A DNA stretch of 64,000 nt, from assembly GCA_964515905.1 (NCBI GenBank), contig CAZEWK010000097.1, positions 23,241 through 87,240 of the forward strand, given 5' to 3'. A program made the translations under genes and the position numbers. The DNA is from an uncultured Rhodospirillaceae bacterium (GTDB taxonomy: Bacteria; Pseudomonadota; Alphaproteobacteria; UBA7887). Shown piece by piece: positions 51,097 to 60,450 of the stretch; position 1 is the first letter of the stretch; each line of letters starts with the position of its first letter. The notes below the pieces were generated by a model, which worked only from the letters and a program-made list of their open reading frames with translations, did no database searches and was not told the origin of the DNA.

Positions 51097-51861
51097 CTAT
51101 TGTAAAACAACGACTGATAGCGCTCGTCCATAATCCGTTTTTCCCGCTTTTTTATTTCTGCGGAAGCTAAAAAAATGACTGTCATCACTATATGTATCAA
51201 AATGGGACTGCTCAATTTGCTCAATACCCTTCGCCCTTATGCGCATCTCGATAAAACCACTAAGATCAAAAAAGTAGTGATCCAAACGACTTGCCGGTTT
51301 AAAGAAACTATTAAGCCGGTCATCTTGGTCCGTGAAGCGTTGGATAAATTCTGGCCCTACCTCATAGGATTCCGCCCCTATACATGGACCGATGGCCGCT
51401 TTAATAAAATTAGTTTGGGCACCTAAAGCCACCATTGCATTGATTCCAGACTCTACGATTCCAGTCAAAGCACCGCGCCAACCCGCGTGAACTACCCCAA
51501 TCACTCTCGCGTTGATATCAGCAAAAATGACCGGGGCACAATCGGCGGTCAACACCCCAATGGCCACTCCAGGACAGTCTGTCACCAAACCGTCTGCTTG
51601 TTCTCCTCTAACCATGGGGTTTGCATATAAAACATCTTTGCCATGCACCTGATGACAGGTAACCAAACGGTTTGCCGAAAGACCCAACGCTGCCATAGCA
51701 CGTCTTCGATTTTCCTGCACAGCATCTTCCCTGTCACCGCTACCATGCCCACAGTTTAAGGATTCGTATATGCCAGCGGAAACACCCCCCTCCCGGGTGA
51801 AAAACCCGTGTTTCAGTCCGTTAATGCCACCCAATAAATAACTATTCACAATCATTCGCAC
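51097..51861 (-). CDS. pgeF: Peptidoglycan editing factor / purine nucleoside phosphorylase (YfiH)
   Basis: HGFFTREGG, QVHG, TADCAPV, HAGWRG, GPCI, FFSFRR. Confidence 0.95.
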   Translation of the reverse strand: MRMIVNSYLLGGINGLKHGFFTREGGVSAGIYESLNCGHGSGDREDAVQENRRRAMAALGLSANRLVTCHQVHGKDVLYANPMVRGEQADGLVTDCPGVAIGVLTADCAPVIFADINARVIGVVHAGWRGALTGIVESGINAMVALGAQTNFIKAAIGPCIGAESYEVGPEFIQRFTDQDDRLNSFFKPASRLDHYFFDLSGFIEMRIRAKGIEQIEQSHFDTYSDDSHFFSFRRNKKAGKTDYGRALSVVVLQ

Positions 51862-52960
51862 AAAATCCAGGAAGATTCCTCAGTTCGTTTGAGGTAATTG
51901 CTAGGACCTTAAATAATTCACCCATTAAATGTGGTTCTGTCAAACGCCTCAACTGTGAATTAATATCATTTGTACTGTTGGTGCGATCAAACCCGGTGTT
52001 CTTCATTAAATTTTCAGCTCGCCTATCGATACCCAACGATCGAAGAAATTCCCCTTGACCAAGTGGACCATGGACAGACACCCCGGATTTCGTTGCTAAC
52101 GATGACAGCTGTTCAAAATTTACTGCACAAGCGAGATCGGCTTCCCCAGGAGCCACAAGGGGATCGTGGTACTGGTGTTCCCTCACTGCCTGCAAGCTAA
52201 AACCTGCTCCTTTTGAAGAAAAATCTACTATCAACGCCGCTCCACGGCACTTTGAAATTCGAGTGGCAACTTCAAGGGCAATAGTAAGACCCATTGGAGA
52301 AATTTCTACCTCTTCTCCGACATCACTCGACTCGCTCAGATACGATGTCGCTGGGGTAGGATTAGGGGCAATTACATAACGAAAGCGGTCTGGATCATCT
52401 GGATCACAGTCCACCATTCTCTCCCGCCATCCCGCATCTCCTGACACGAACTGATGCACTGGAAGCGCGTCGAAAAACTCATTTGCAACCATCAGTATGG
52501 TGCCATCTGGCACCTCAGATAAATTCTCATACCAGACTGGTGAAGGGGGAGAATCCAATAGCGACAATTGGTGCTGTTGAAGGGTTTTTAATGTCGGGCT
52601 CTTTTCAATTAAACAAATCTGCACTGCGTCTCGGAATTCCTTTGATACTGATGTTACACGCCAAAGATCAGATAAAAGAGTTCCACGCCCAGGGCCGAGT
52701 TCCACCAGCAAAATTGGATTGGGTGAGCCAAGCTTATGCCAGCAGTCTAAGCACCATGCGCCTATCATTTCACCAAACATCTGACTAATTTCAGGAGCCG
52801 TGATGAAGTCACCATTCTTTCCGAATGGTTTTCGTTTTTTATAGTAACCTAAACTTGGATTATGAAGCGCCTCATTCATGTAATGAGCGACAGTTAATGG
52901 TCCTCCGATCTTGATTAAGCGGCGAATCTGAGAAGCTAATGTCCCATTGATAGGGCTCAC
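51842..52960 (-). CDS. SAM-dependent methyltransferase, MidA/NDUFAF7 family
   Basis: GDFITAPEISQMFGE, ELGPGRG, ANEFFDALP; GTG start in a GTGA overlap with the lgt stop. Confidence 0.92.
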   Translation of the reverse strand: MSPINGTLASQIRRLIKIGGPLTVAHYMNEALHNPSLGYYKKRKPFGKNGDFITAPEISQMFGEMIGAWCLDCWHKLGSPNPILLVELGPGRGTLLSDLWRVTSVSKEFRDAVQICLIEKSPTLKTLQQHQLSLLDSPPSPVWYENLSEVPDGTILMVANEFFDALPVHQFVSGDAGWRERMVDCDPDDPDRFRYVIAPNPTPATSYLSESSDVGEEVEISPMGLTIALEVATRISKCRGAALIVDFSSKGAGFSLQAVREHQYHDPLVAPGEADLACAVNFEQLSSLATKSGVSVHGPLGQGEFLRSLGIDRRAENLMKNTGFDRTNSTNDINSQLRRLTEPHLMGELFKVLAITSNELRNLPGFCANDCE

Positions 52961-53742
52961 GGGGTTCGTCTTTTCGACGTCAAAATTATAAACAGACCAA
53001 CAGCACCCAACGGAACGGAAAGAACTTGTCCCATAGTGAAGTACGACCAAATAAAGCCAATTTGTTGATCTGGCTGCCGATATATTTCACTCACTATTCT
53101 TGCAACTGAATACCCCAATAAAAATACCCCACTCAATAGGCCGGATTTTCGATAGGCACTCCTAGCATGAACCAGATACAACATTACACAAAGCAATAAT
53201 GCTCCCTCTAAAAAGGCCTCATAGAGTTGGCTCGGGTGCCTAGGAATATTTCCACCTTGGGGAAATACTATGGCCCAGGGCACGTCAGAAAAGCGCCCAA
53301 AAAGTTCCCCATTTACGAAATTTGAAATCCGGCCAAGCATTAATCCGAATGGGAAAATAGGAGCGATCGCATCCGCGACAGAGAAAAAACCAACTTGTCG
53401 CCTACGTGCAAACCAATAAAGCGCCACGACCACACCAATTAAACCTCCATGAAACGACATCCCGCCCTGCCAAACGGCGAAGACAGCCATTGGGTTTTCT
53501 ATATAAAACTGTGCTTGATAGAAAATCACGTAACCAAATCGCCCGCCAAGAATCACTCCCACCATGATCCAAACGAGAAGGTCGTCTATCATATTGATAT
53601 TAAGTGAAATTGTCTTGGTACGAGCAAGGTGACGAACGTAAACCCAACCAATGAGGAGTCCTGTGATATAAGCCAGAGCATACCAACGGATAGCGATTGG
53701 GCCAATTTGTAATGCGATTGGGTCAATAGAAGGAAAATTCAT
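52957..53742 (-). CDS. lgt: Prolipoprotein diacylglyceryl transferase
   Basis: IRWY, GGRFGY, GGMSFHGG, GRISNFVNGEL, RHPSQLYE, MGQ. Confidence 0.98.
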   Translation of the reverse strand: MNFPSIDPIALQIGPIAIRWYALAYITGLLIGWVYVRHLARTKTISLNINMIDDLLVWIMVGVILGGRFGYVIFYQAQFYIENPMAVFAVWQGGMSFHGGLIGVVVALYWFARRRQVGFFSVADAIAPIFPFGLMLGRISNFVNGELFGRFSDVPWAIVFPQGGNIPRHPSQLYEAFLEGALLLCVMLYLVHARSAYRKSGLLSGVFLLGYSVARIVSEIYRQPDQQIGFIWSYFTMGQVLSVPLGAVGLFIILTSKRRTP

Positions 53743-53859
53743 ACCCTCGCTCGCTCGCTCCAATTTAAGACTTGAAACAGTTTATGTGCTCTTTGGTATA
53801 TAACGTACCATAGCGGATTAATAAGCTGAATTGTGAGTATGATTTATCTTCTAACTGAG

Positions 53860-54870
53860 TTAACCCTTAAACAGGTACGGATCGCTGGCCGATAAAAAAT
53901 TCTTTACGTAATCCGATACCCCTTCTTCTAAACTCGTGAACGGTTTTGTATACCCTGCCGCACGAAGCTTCGATATCTCTGCCTCTGTATAATACTGATA
54001 CTTATCTTTTACAGAAGATGGCATATCCATATATTCTACATCTAGTACTTTGCCGGCGGCCGAACACAGAGCTTCGGCCACATCAAAAAATGTGCGCGCT
54101 CTTCCAGTACCCAGGTTAAATAAACCATTTACATTGGGATTATCAAACAGCCACAACATTACGTCGACGCAATCTCTAACATAGATAAAATCCCGTTGCT
54201 GTGCTCCGTCTTCATAATCTGGATGGTAGGACTTAAAAAGTGTTACCGGTTTTCCAAGCGCTACCGCCGGGTATTTTTGGGCTACAACACTTTTCATTAA
54301 CCCTTTGTGATATTCATTCGGCCCGTAAACATTGAAAAATTTTAAACCTACATATTGGGGCGGTCTCGAACCAGGGTCCATGGACATAGAAGCTACTCGC
54401 TCATCAAAAAGATGCTTGCTCCATCCGTAGGGATTTAAGGGTTTAAACAAATTTAAATTGGCGGAGTCAAAACCGTCTGCGAATCCATTGCTACCATCAC
54501 CGTACGTTGCTGCAGACGAGGCATAGATAAAACGGATACCTAGCTCAACACAAAACCACCACAGATCCAGGCTATATCGAAAGTTTTGCGACATAATTAA
54601 ATCGACGTCTACTTCGATCGTCGAGGAATTGGCCCCTAAATGAAAGATGGCCTCGATTTCACCCAGATGGCCTCGATCTAAATTTCTACGCAAGTAGGGG
54701 AATAATTCATCCGGCGCAACAATGTCCATAATTTTTTGACCTAGAAGGTTCCGCCACTTATCGTCGGTTCCCAGTTGATCACAAACTACTATATGATTTT
54801 GACCGCGACTATTTAAAGCCGCAACCAAATTAGACCCAATAAAACCCGCGCCACCTGTTACTATAATCAT
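53860..54870 (-). CDS. hldD: ADP-L-glycero-D-manno-heptose 6-epimerase
   Basis: MIIVTGGAGFIGS, YASSAATYG, YGWSK, FNVYGPNEYHKG, RDFIYV, YQYYT. Confidence 0.93.
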   Translation of the reverse strand: MIIVTGGAGFIGSNLVAALNSRGQNHIVVCDQLGTDDKWRNLLGQKIMDIVAPDELFPYLRRNLDRGHLGEIEAIFHLGANSSTIEVDVDLIMSQNFRYSLDLWWFCVELGIRFIYASSAATYGDGSNGFADGFDSANLNLFKPLNPYGWSKHLFDERVASMSMDPGSRPPQYVGLKFFNVYGPNEYHKGLMKSVVAQKYPAVALGKPVTLFKSYHPDYEDGAQQRDFIYVRDCVDVMLWLFDNPNVNGLFNLGTGRARTFFDVAEALCSAAGKVLDVEYMDMPSSVKDKYQYYTEAEISKLRAAGYTKPFTSLEEGVSDYVKNFLSASDPYLFKG

Positions 54871-54972
54871 ATGGTAGGTTTATACGGATCTGCCAAACAC
54901 TCGGCAAGTAATTGCAGTGTCAGCGATCATGCTTTACCAACAGCATGCCTGTTTCATTTTGGAGGAAGAGTT

Positions 54973-55272
54973 ATGCCAACCGAAAATCGTTTATTCGATG
55001 ATCTAACCCGCTTAGCCGGTGGAGCCTTCTCCTCATTTTCTGCACTGAAAGATGAGACCGAATCGCGTATTATTGTCCAATTAGAGCGAATTCTGCCACG
55101 TATGAATCTTGTTCGACGAGACGAGTTTGAAGCAGTGCGGGACATGGCTATTAAGGCTAGAGAAGAAAGCATTACACTTGCAGATCGCCTCAACGATCTG
55201 GAAAATAGTATAGCGACAAAAAACAAGGTATCGCGTCAGTCCAAAGGTTCACAATCAAAGGGAAACAAGTAA
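54973..55272 (+). CDS. ubiK: Accessory factor UbiK (BMFP) family protein
   Basis: LFDDL, LVRRDEFE, C-terminal coiled coil; GGAGG RBS before ATG 54973. Confidence 0.85.
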   Translation: MPTENRLFDDLTRLAGGAFSSFSALKDETESRIIVQLERILPRMNLVRRDEFEAVRDMAIKAREESITLADRLNDLENSIATKNKVSRQSKGSQSKGNK

Positions 55273-55310
55273 AGTAATATCTAGGGTCATACTGAAAAGG
55301 AATTGAAATA

Positions 55311-56147
55311 ATGGACGATAGCACTGACTTAAGTCGGATACTGGTGGTAGGGGCAGGGAAGATGGGCGGAGCCCTGATAGAAAGTTGGCTCACTCAACAG
55401 ACTCGAAAACCTAGCGATATCGTAGTGGTGGAGCCCAATGTTTCACGAGCAAAATATTTTCGTGACCACCACAACCTCTATACTTTTGAGACACCTGAAG
55501 CTATCAACACGGGTCTGGGAGACGCCACGGTCCTTTTCGCTGTTAAACCGCAGGTCATGGAGGAAACAGCGCCACTTTACCAACCCCTGATGAGACCAGG
55601 TATGTTAGTTCTTTCAATAGCAGCAGGCACACCAATCCAATATTTCGAACGCCAATTAGGGGAGAACGTATCGATTGTTCGTGCGATGCCTAACACACCA
55701 GCAGCGATTGGCCAGGGCATCACCGTTCTCTGCGCGAATCGTAATGTTTCTGATGCACAAAGGGCTTCTTGCGAGGATCTCCTGAGCGCGGTAGGCGAGG
55801 TAGAATGGATCGAAGAAGAGTCTCTAATGGATGCGGTGACGGCCGTCTCTGGCAGCGGACCCGCCTATGTTTTTCTCTTAATTGAGGCCATGGCGGAAGC
55901 TGGCACCAAGGTAGGGCTTCCCAAGGCCCTATCTGAACAATTAGCAATTGCAACAGTTGCGGGCGCTGGAACATTGGCAAAAGCATCCGAGGAATCGCCC
56001 ATTACTCTGCGGGAAAACGTCACTAGTCCGGGAGGAACTACGGCCGCAGCCCTCGATGTACTAATGGCGGACAATGCAATTAAAACCTTATTAGAAAAAG
56101 CCATCTCTGCAGCCAAAAGCCGTGGTCAGGATCTCGCTATAAAATAG
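55311..56147 (+). CDS. proC: Pyrroline-5-carboxylate reductase
   Basis: GAGKMG, AVKPQ, SIAAG, RAMPNTP, SGSGPAY, VTSPGGTT. Confidence 0.98.
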   Translation: MDDSTDLSRILVVGAGKMGGALIESWLTQQTRKPSDIVVVEPNVSRAKYFRDHHNLYTFETPEAINTGLGDATVLFAVKPQVMEETAPLYQPLMRPGMLVLSIAAGTPIQYFERQLGENVSIVRAMPNTPAAIGQGITVLCANRNVSDAQRASCEDLLSAVGEVEWIEEESLMDAVTAVSGSGPAYVFLLIEAMAEAGTKVGLPKALSEQLAIATVAGAGTLAKASEESPITLRENVTSPGGTTAAALDVLMADNAIKTLLEKAISAAKSRGQDLAIK

Positions 56148-56224
56148 AAAACAGGGGGAAACAGTTTGTCAAAGTTACACAGAGTATTTCTCCACCTGAA
56201 AACCGGGTTTTGCCCATTGGAGAC

Positions 56225-56245
56225 AGTAAACAATTATTGGTTACT
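56225..56245. promoter_or_regulatory. Imperfect 21-bp palindrome, candidate TetR-type operator
   Basis: AGTAAACAAT-T-ATTGGTTACT (9/10 arm match), about 75 bp upstream of the TetR-like gene. Confidence 0.35.
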
Positions 56246-56320
56246 AGGTACTATTTTTGGCTCCCTGGCACATAGAGACATAAATAAAGTTAGGCTACAA
56301 TCAAATGAATATTTTTGGTA

Positions 56321-56923
56321 ATGCCCAGTAAAACCGGGACCCGGCGTCGAAACACTCCCAAGCTCCCGGCTTTGGTGCAAACTGCTCTCGATTTGTCAGC
56401 AGCCAAGGGATGGAATTCCCTCTCCATCAGTGAAATTGCTTCTGAGTCTAAAATACCGTTGGCCGAAGCTTTAGTCTCTTTCCCGACAAAGACCGCAATT
56501 TTAAAAGTGTTCCAAGAACACGTCGATACTATGGTTATAAACGGGACCGAAAGTGACACTGCCACCGAACCAGTCCGCGATCGCGTGTTCGACGTAATAA
56601 TGCGGCGCCTCGAGATACTGAATCCTTGGAAAGCTGGATTACTGGCAATAGCGAAGGATTTAATCAGAGATCCGGGTCAATGCTTATACAGCGTCAGGTC
56701 CGTCACCCAATCTATGACCTTAATGTTAGAATGTGCTCATGTCTCATCAACCGGCCTATGTGGCCGACTGCGGGTTCACGGGCTAAGTTTAATTTATATT
56801 AAAACTTTACGGCACTGGGCAGAAGATACTGGCCAGGATTTATCCGCCACTATGTCTGAATTAGATCAAACCCTAAAGGCTGCGGAAAATATTTTAAAAA
56901 TTTTCGATAAAGGAGAAAAATAA
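56321..56923 (+). CDS. TetR/AcrR-like transcriptional regulator
   Basis: N-terminal HTH (ALDLSAAKGWNSLSISEIA...FPTK), RDRVFDVIMRR, TMSELD. Confidence 0.75.
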   Translation: MPSKTGTRRRNTPKLPALVQTALDLSAAKGWNSLSISEIASESKIPLAEALVSFPTKTAILKVFQEHVDTMVINGTESDTATEPVRDRVFDVIMRRLEILNPWKAGLLAIAKDLIRDPGQCLYSVRSVTQSMTLMLECAHVSSTGLCGRLRVHGLSLIYIKTLRHWAEDTGQDLSATMSELDQTLKAAENILKIFDKGEK

Positions 56924-56965
56924 ATTTGTGACCATGAACTTTATGACTCGCTTAGTTTGGACCGT

Positions 56966-58276
56966 TTAAAGGGGCAATCGCATCAATGCTCTGAGGCCAC
57001 CTGAACTTGAGTCACCAAGCAACAATTCTCCCCCGTGATTGCGAACTACATCACGAGCGATTGTTAGACCAAGACCCACTCCCCCGGTTTCCGCATTGCG
57101 CGACGGATCAATGCGAAAAAATGGTTTAAATACGGCTTCGCGGTGGACCTGAGGAATACCTGGTCCATCATCATCAACAGTGATTTCTACTATTCCATTT
57201 TTCTTTTTTACTCCCACATGAATTTGCTGGCTATAGCGTGCCGCGTTATCAACCAGGTTCGTCAATGCTCTTTTTATGGCGTATCTTCGGACTGTGACAC
57301 TGTCTGTAATAACTTCGTCCAAAACTACGTCTGCACCATTACGACAAGCTTCCTCCACCACTTCTTCTAAAATACTCTTTAGAGAAATAAGCACGGACAC
57401 CTCGCTACCCTCTCCCCGCGCAAATGCTAAATAACCATCAATCATTTTTTCCATTTCCGACACATCACCTCGTAAACCCGGTGCATACTCGCTCTCTGGC
57501 AACATCGCTAGCTGTAATTTCATGCGTGTCAAAGGCGTGCGAAGATCATGACTAACGCCTGCAAGCATTTCAGTTCGTTGAGTAATCTGCCGCTGTATGC
57601 GTTCTCTCATTAGCAAGAAAGCATTTGCCGCCTGTCGCACTTCTTGCGCGCCTTCGGGTTTGAAATTAAGCACCTGCATGCCCTTACCAAAACTTTCAGC
57701 TGCCTGTGCCAAACGCCTAACCGGACGAATTTGGCGTCTAAGAAAATAAATAGCGATTGATAATAATATTATTGATGTACCAACCATCCACGCTATAAAA
57801 ATATACGTTGTAGAGCTGAATATCCTTTTCCGTGGAGCCCTAACCTCCAAAACTCCTTCCTCTAATTGCACCCATATGACTACGCTCTTATCATCGGTGG
57901 TATCAAAATGAAATGGATATGCCAAACGCTCGGGTAAAACTCGTTTTAAAGTCCAATCTACTGCACCGAACGGCCGATGTGGTGGCTTAGAATTAAGTTT
58001 CTCACCTTCTTTCCACGATACAGTAAGGGAAAAATTATGATGTGCCCTGCTAATTATCCAATCTCTCTCGGGTCCCGCCGGATATTTCTCTAACGCATCT
58101 ACCAAAATTGAAATATCACCACCTAATCCTAATGCAAGACGACGCCCTACGTCCTCCCAATGGCGGCTGTAAAAAACGAAAGCAGAAACCATTTGCAGCA
58201 AAAGAAGGGGTAGCAACAGAATCAACAGCGACCTGCCAAAAAAGGATACCGGCAATATACGCCTTTTGGTGGCCAT
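56966..58276 (-). CDS. Sensor histidine kinase (EnvZ/RisS-like, HAMP domain)
   Basis: Two TMs, HAMP, H-box SHDLRTPL, N-box NLVDNA, DDGPG, GVGLGL. Confidence 0.95.
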   Translation of the reverse strand: MATKRRILPVSFFGRSLLILLLPLLLLQMVSAFVFYSRHWEDVGRRLALGLGGDISILVDALEKYPAGPERDWIISRAHHNFSLTVSWKEGEKLNSKPPHRPFGAVDWTLKRVLPERLAYPFHFDTTDDKSVVIWVQLEEGVLEVRAPRKRIFSSTTYIFIAWMVGTSIILLSIAIYFLRRQIRPVRRLAQAAESFGKGMQVLNFKPEGAQEVRQAANAFLLMRERIQRQITQRTEMLAGVSHDLRTPLTRMKLQLAMLPESEYAPGLRGDVSEMEKMIDGYLAFARGEGSEVSVLISLKSILEEVVEEACRNGADVVLDEVITDSVTVRRYAIKRALTNLVDNAARYSQQIHVGVKKKNGIVEITVDDDGPGIPQVHREAVFKPFFRIDPSRNAETGGVGLGLTIARDVVRNHGGELLLGDSSSGGLRALMRLPL

Positions 58277-58290
58277 CAGCCTATGTCCTC

Positions 58291-59028
58291 TTAATCAACT
58301 CGTAAAACATAACCCTCACCACGCACAGTTATTAGATAACGAGGGTACCGAAGATTGGATTCTATTTTGCGACGCAAACGAGCAATTTGTACATCTACCG
58401 TCCTTGGACCAACATTCATATTGCTGGCTAAAAAATCACGCGACACCGGCAAACCCGCTCGCCTCGAGAGTGCTCTCATTAAAGCTACTTCTCCAGAAGT
58501 CAACCTTATCAATTCTGTCCCGTTAAGAAGTTCTCCGCGTTCGGAATCAAAAACGAACTCACCAAACCGTATTACGTTGAGATGTGGTATAGAACTCGCC
58601 CGAGATCTGCGCAAAATTGCATTCAAACGCAAAACTAACTCCCTTGGTTCAAATGGTTTTGCTAAATAGTCGTCCGCACCTCCTTCAAAACCAATTATCC
58701 TGTCTTGAATCTCATCCATTGCGGTAAGCAACAAAACTGGAATGTCACTCTTTCCTCTTAGATCACGGAGAAACTGAACCCCATCTTCGCCAGGCATCAT
58801 CACATCCAACACCAATGCATCAAAATCAAGGTACGCAATTCGATCGCGAGCATCGGCCGCGTTATCGGCAGTGGCTACCAAAAAACCATTCTCTGACAAG
58901 AAATCATGAAGCAGTGCCCGCAAACGCCGGTCGTCATCGACAACGAGCACATGAGGCTCAGCGAATTCCCTAACATCGGATCCAGATGGGTTCGCACCAA
59001 TCTTATTTGACTCACTGTTTGTGCTCAC
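58291..59028 (-). CDS. OmpR/PhoB family response regulator
   Basis: VVDDD, phospho-acceptor LDVMMPG, KPF, winged helix (RTVDVQIARLR, TVRGEGY); GTG start at 59028 with GAGG RBS. Confidence 0.95.
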   Translation of the reverse strand: MSTNSESNKIGANPSGSDVREFAEPHVLVVDDDRRLRALLHDFLSENGFLVATADNAADARDRIAYLDFDALVLDVMMPGEDGVQFLRDLRGKSDIPVLLLTAMDEIQDRIIGFEGGADDYLAKPFEPRELVLRLNAILRRSRASSIPHLNVIRFGEFVFDSERGELLNGTELIRLTSGEVALMRALSRRAGLPVSRDFLASNMNVGPRTVDVQIARLRRKIESNLRYPRYLITVRGEGYVLRVD

Positions 59029-59142
59029 AGATTCCTCGCAAACGCGAACCGAGAGATCACCCAACACCAAAGAGGTGTGAGATCCTGTTGGATGCAAATT
59101 ACAGCATGGTAATTCTACCAGTTCCCAAATTCCGTGAGGCAC

Positions 59143-60402
59143 TCAAGCAAATAGCCCTAGGGTATCAAAATTCCCTTTCAGGATGTTATTTGCTTCACCG
59201 CCCATCCATTCATCAATAAGACTAGCGTATACTCGGCGATAATCTGTAGTATAGATAAGGTTTCCGTCGTCAAGCTCCGTTAAGCTCGGAGGTTCCCCAT
59301 ATTGCCCACCCTTAACTTTATTTCCAATAACGTAGACTGGTGTCGCTGTACCGTGGTCTGTCCCTCCACTTGCATTTTCCGGGACGCGGCGGCCAAACTC
59401 GGTAAATACCATCACCGCAACATCATCGCCCCGACCTATTCGATTCATATCCTCGACAAAACCGTGTATCGGATCAGAGGCATACGCCAATAAACGCGCG
59501 TGCAAATCCACCTGATGCACGTGTGTATCAAAGTCATTGTTCCGGTATTGGACATAATAGAACTGGGTAGGCATGCCAGAGTCTATTAACGCAGCAACTT
59601 TACGCAGATCTTCTGAAATTGGCAGTTGCAGCCCATAATCAATAGGCGTCGAATAGGCGGCCCAAGCCTCCCGGACAAAGTCGGCGCTTTTCATTGCGCT
59701 TGAAGCAACGCCGCTTACAAAATCTAAGTTTGGGTTATCTGAGCCAGTGGACCCCGATAACGCCTTTAATAAAGGCATCTGTTCATAACGCCCCACCCGT
59801 AAAAATCGCGAAGGATCATCAAAAACCAACGGGGTATGGATACGTGACCGTGCGGCAAGCGACTGTTGGCTGGCAATATTGATAATCATATTTTCTTTCG
59901 CAGTGGGGCTCAAGAAATCCGCGGTTCTTCCCACCCAGCCCAGCTTTTCTCCTGCGATCGGGACGCCCGTATGCCAAAACCCCATGGCCGCAAAATGCGA
60001 TAAAATAGGGTTTTCGTATCCGCACCCATGGATCAAAGCAAATCGTCCATCCTTATAGAGGCGCTCAAACCCGCCCAAAGATGGATGAAAGCCAAAGTGG
60101 TCATCAATGCGAAGCACCTTGTCGGCGGCTATACCGATCTTTGGGCGTTGCCGATAATATGCGTCGTCGCCGTAGGGAACTACCGTATTGAGGCCATCGT
60201 TGCCCCCATCGAGCTCCACCACGACTAGAATTCGTTCTCTATGGGCATTCCCGCTAGGCGGTTTTTTATCTGTATCCATTGCTTGTGCAGCACGCTCAAA
60301 CACAAATGGCAAACTGGCACCTACTCCCAATCCACCAAGACCTTGCTTCAACAATTCCCTGCGGTCTAGCCGAGCCCGTCGTGAAAATATCTGAGCACTC
60401 AT
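59143..60402 (-). CDS. DUF1501 domain protein with a twin-arginine signal
   Basis: DRRELLK Tat motif, GGNDGLN, SHF, FDTH, EFGRR, GTDHG. Confidence 0.9.
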   Translation of the reverse strand: MSAQIFSRRARLDRRELLKQGLGGLGVGASLPFVFERAAQAMDTDKKPPSGNAHRERILVVVELDGGNDGLNTVVPYGDDAYYRQRPKIGIAADKVLRIDDHFGFHPSLGGFERLYKDGRFALIHGCGYENPILSHFAAMGFWHTGVPIAGEKLGWVGRTADFLSPTAKENMIINIASQQSLAARSRIHTPLVFDDPSRFLRVGRYEQMPLLKALSGSTGSDNPNLDFVSGVASSAMKSADFVREAWAAYSTPIDYGLQLPISEDLRKVAALIDSGMPTQFYYVQYRNNDFDTHVHQVDLHARLLAYASDPIHGFVEDMNRIGRGDDVAVMVFTEFGRRVPENASGGTDHGTATPVYVIGNKVKGGQYGEPPSLTELDDGNLIYTTDYRRVYASLIDEWMGGEANNILKGNFDTLGLFA

Positions 60403-60450
60403 GACATAATCCTTCGTTAGTTTAATTCCATGTACTGCATTACAGTTTGC

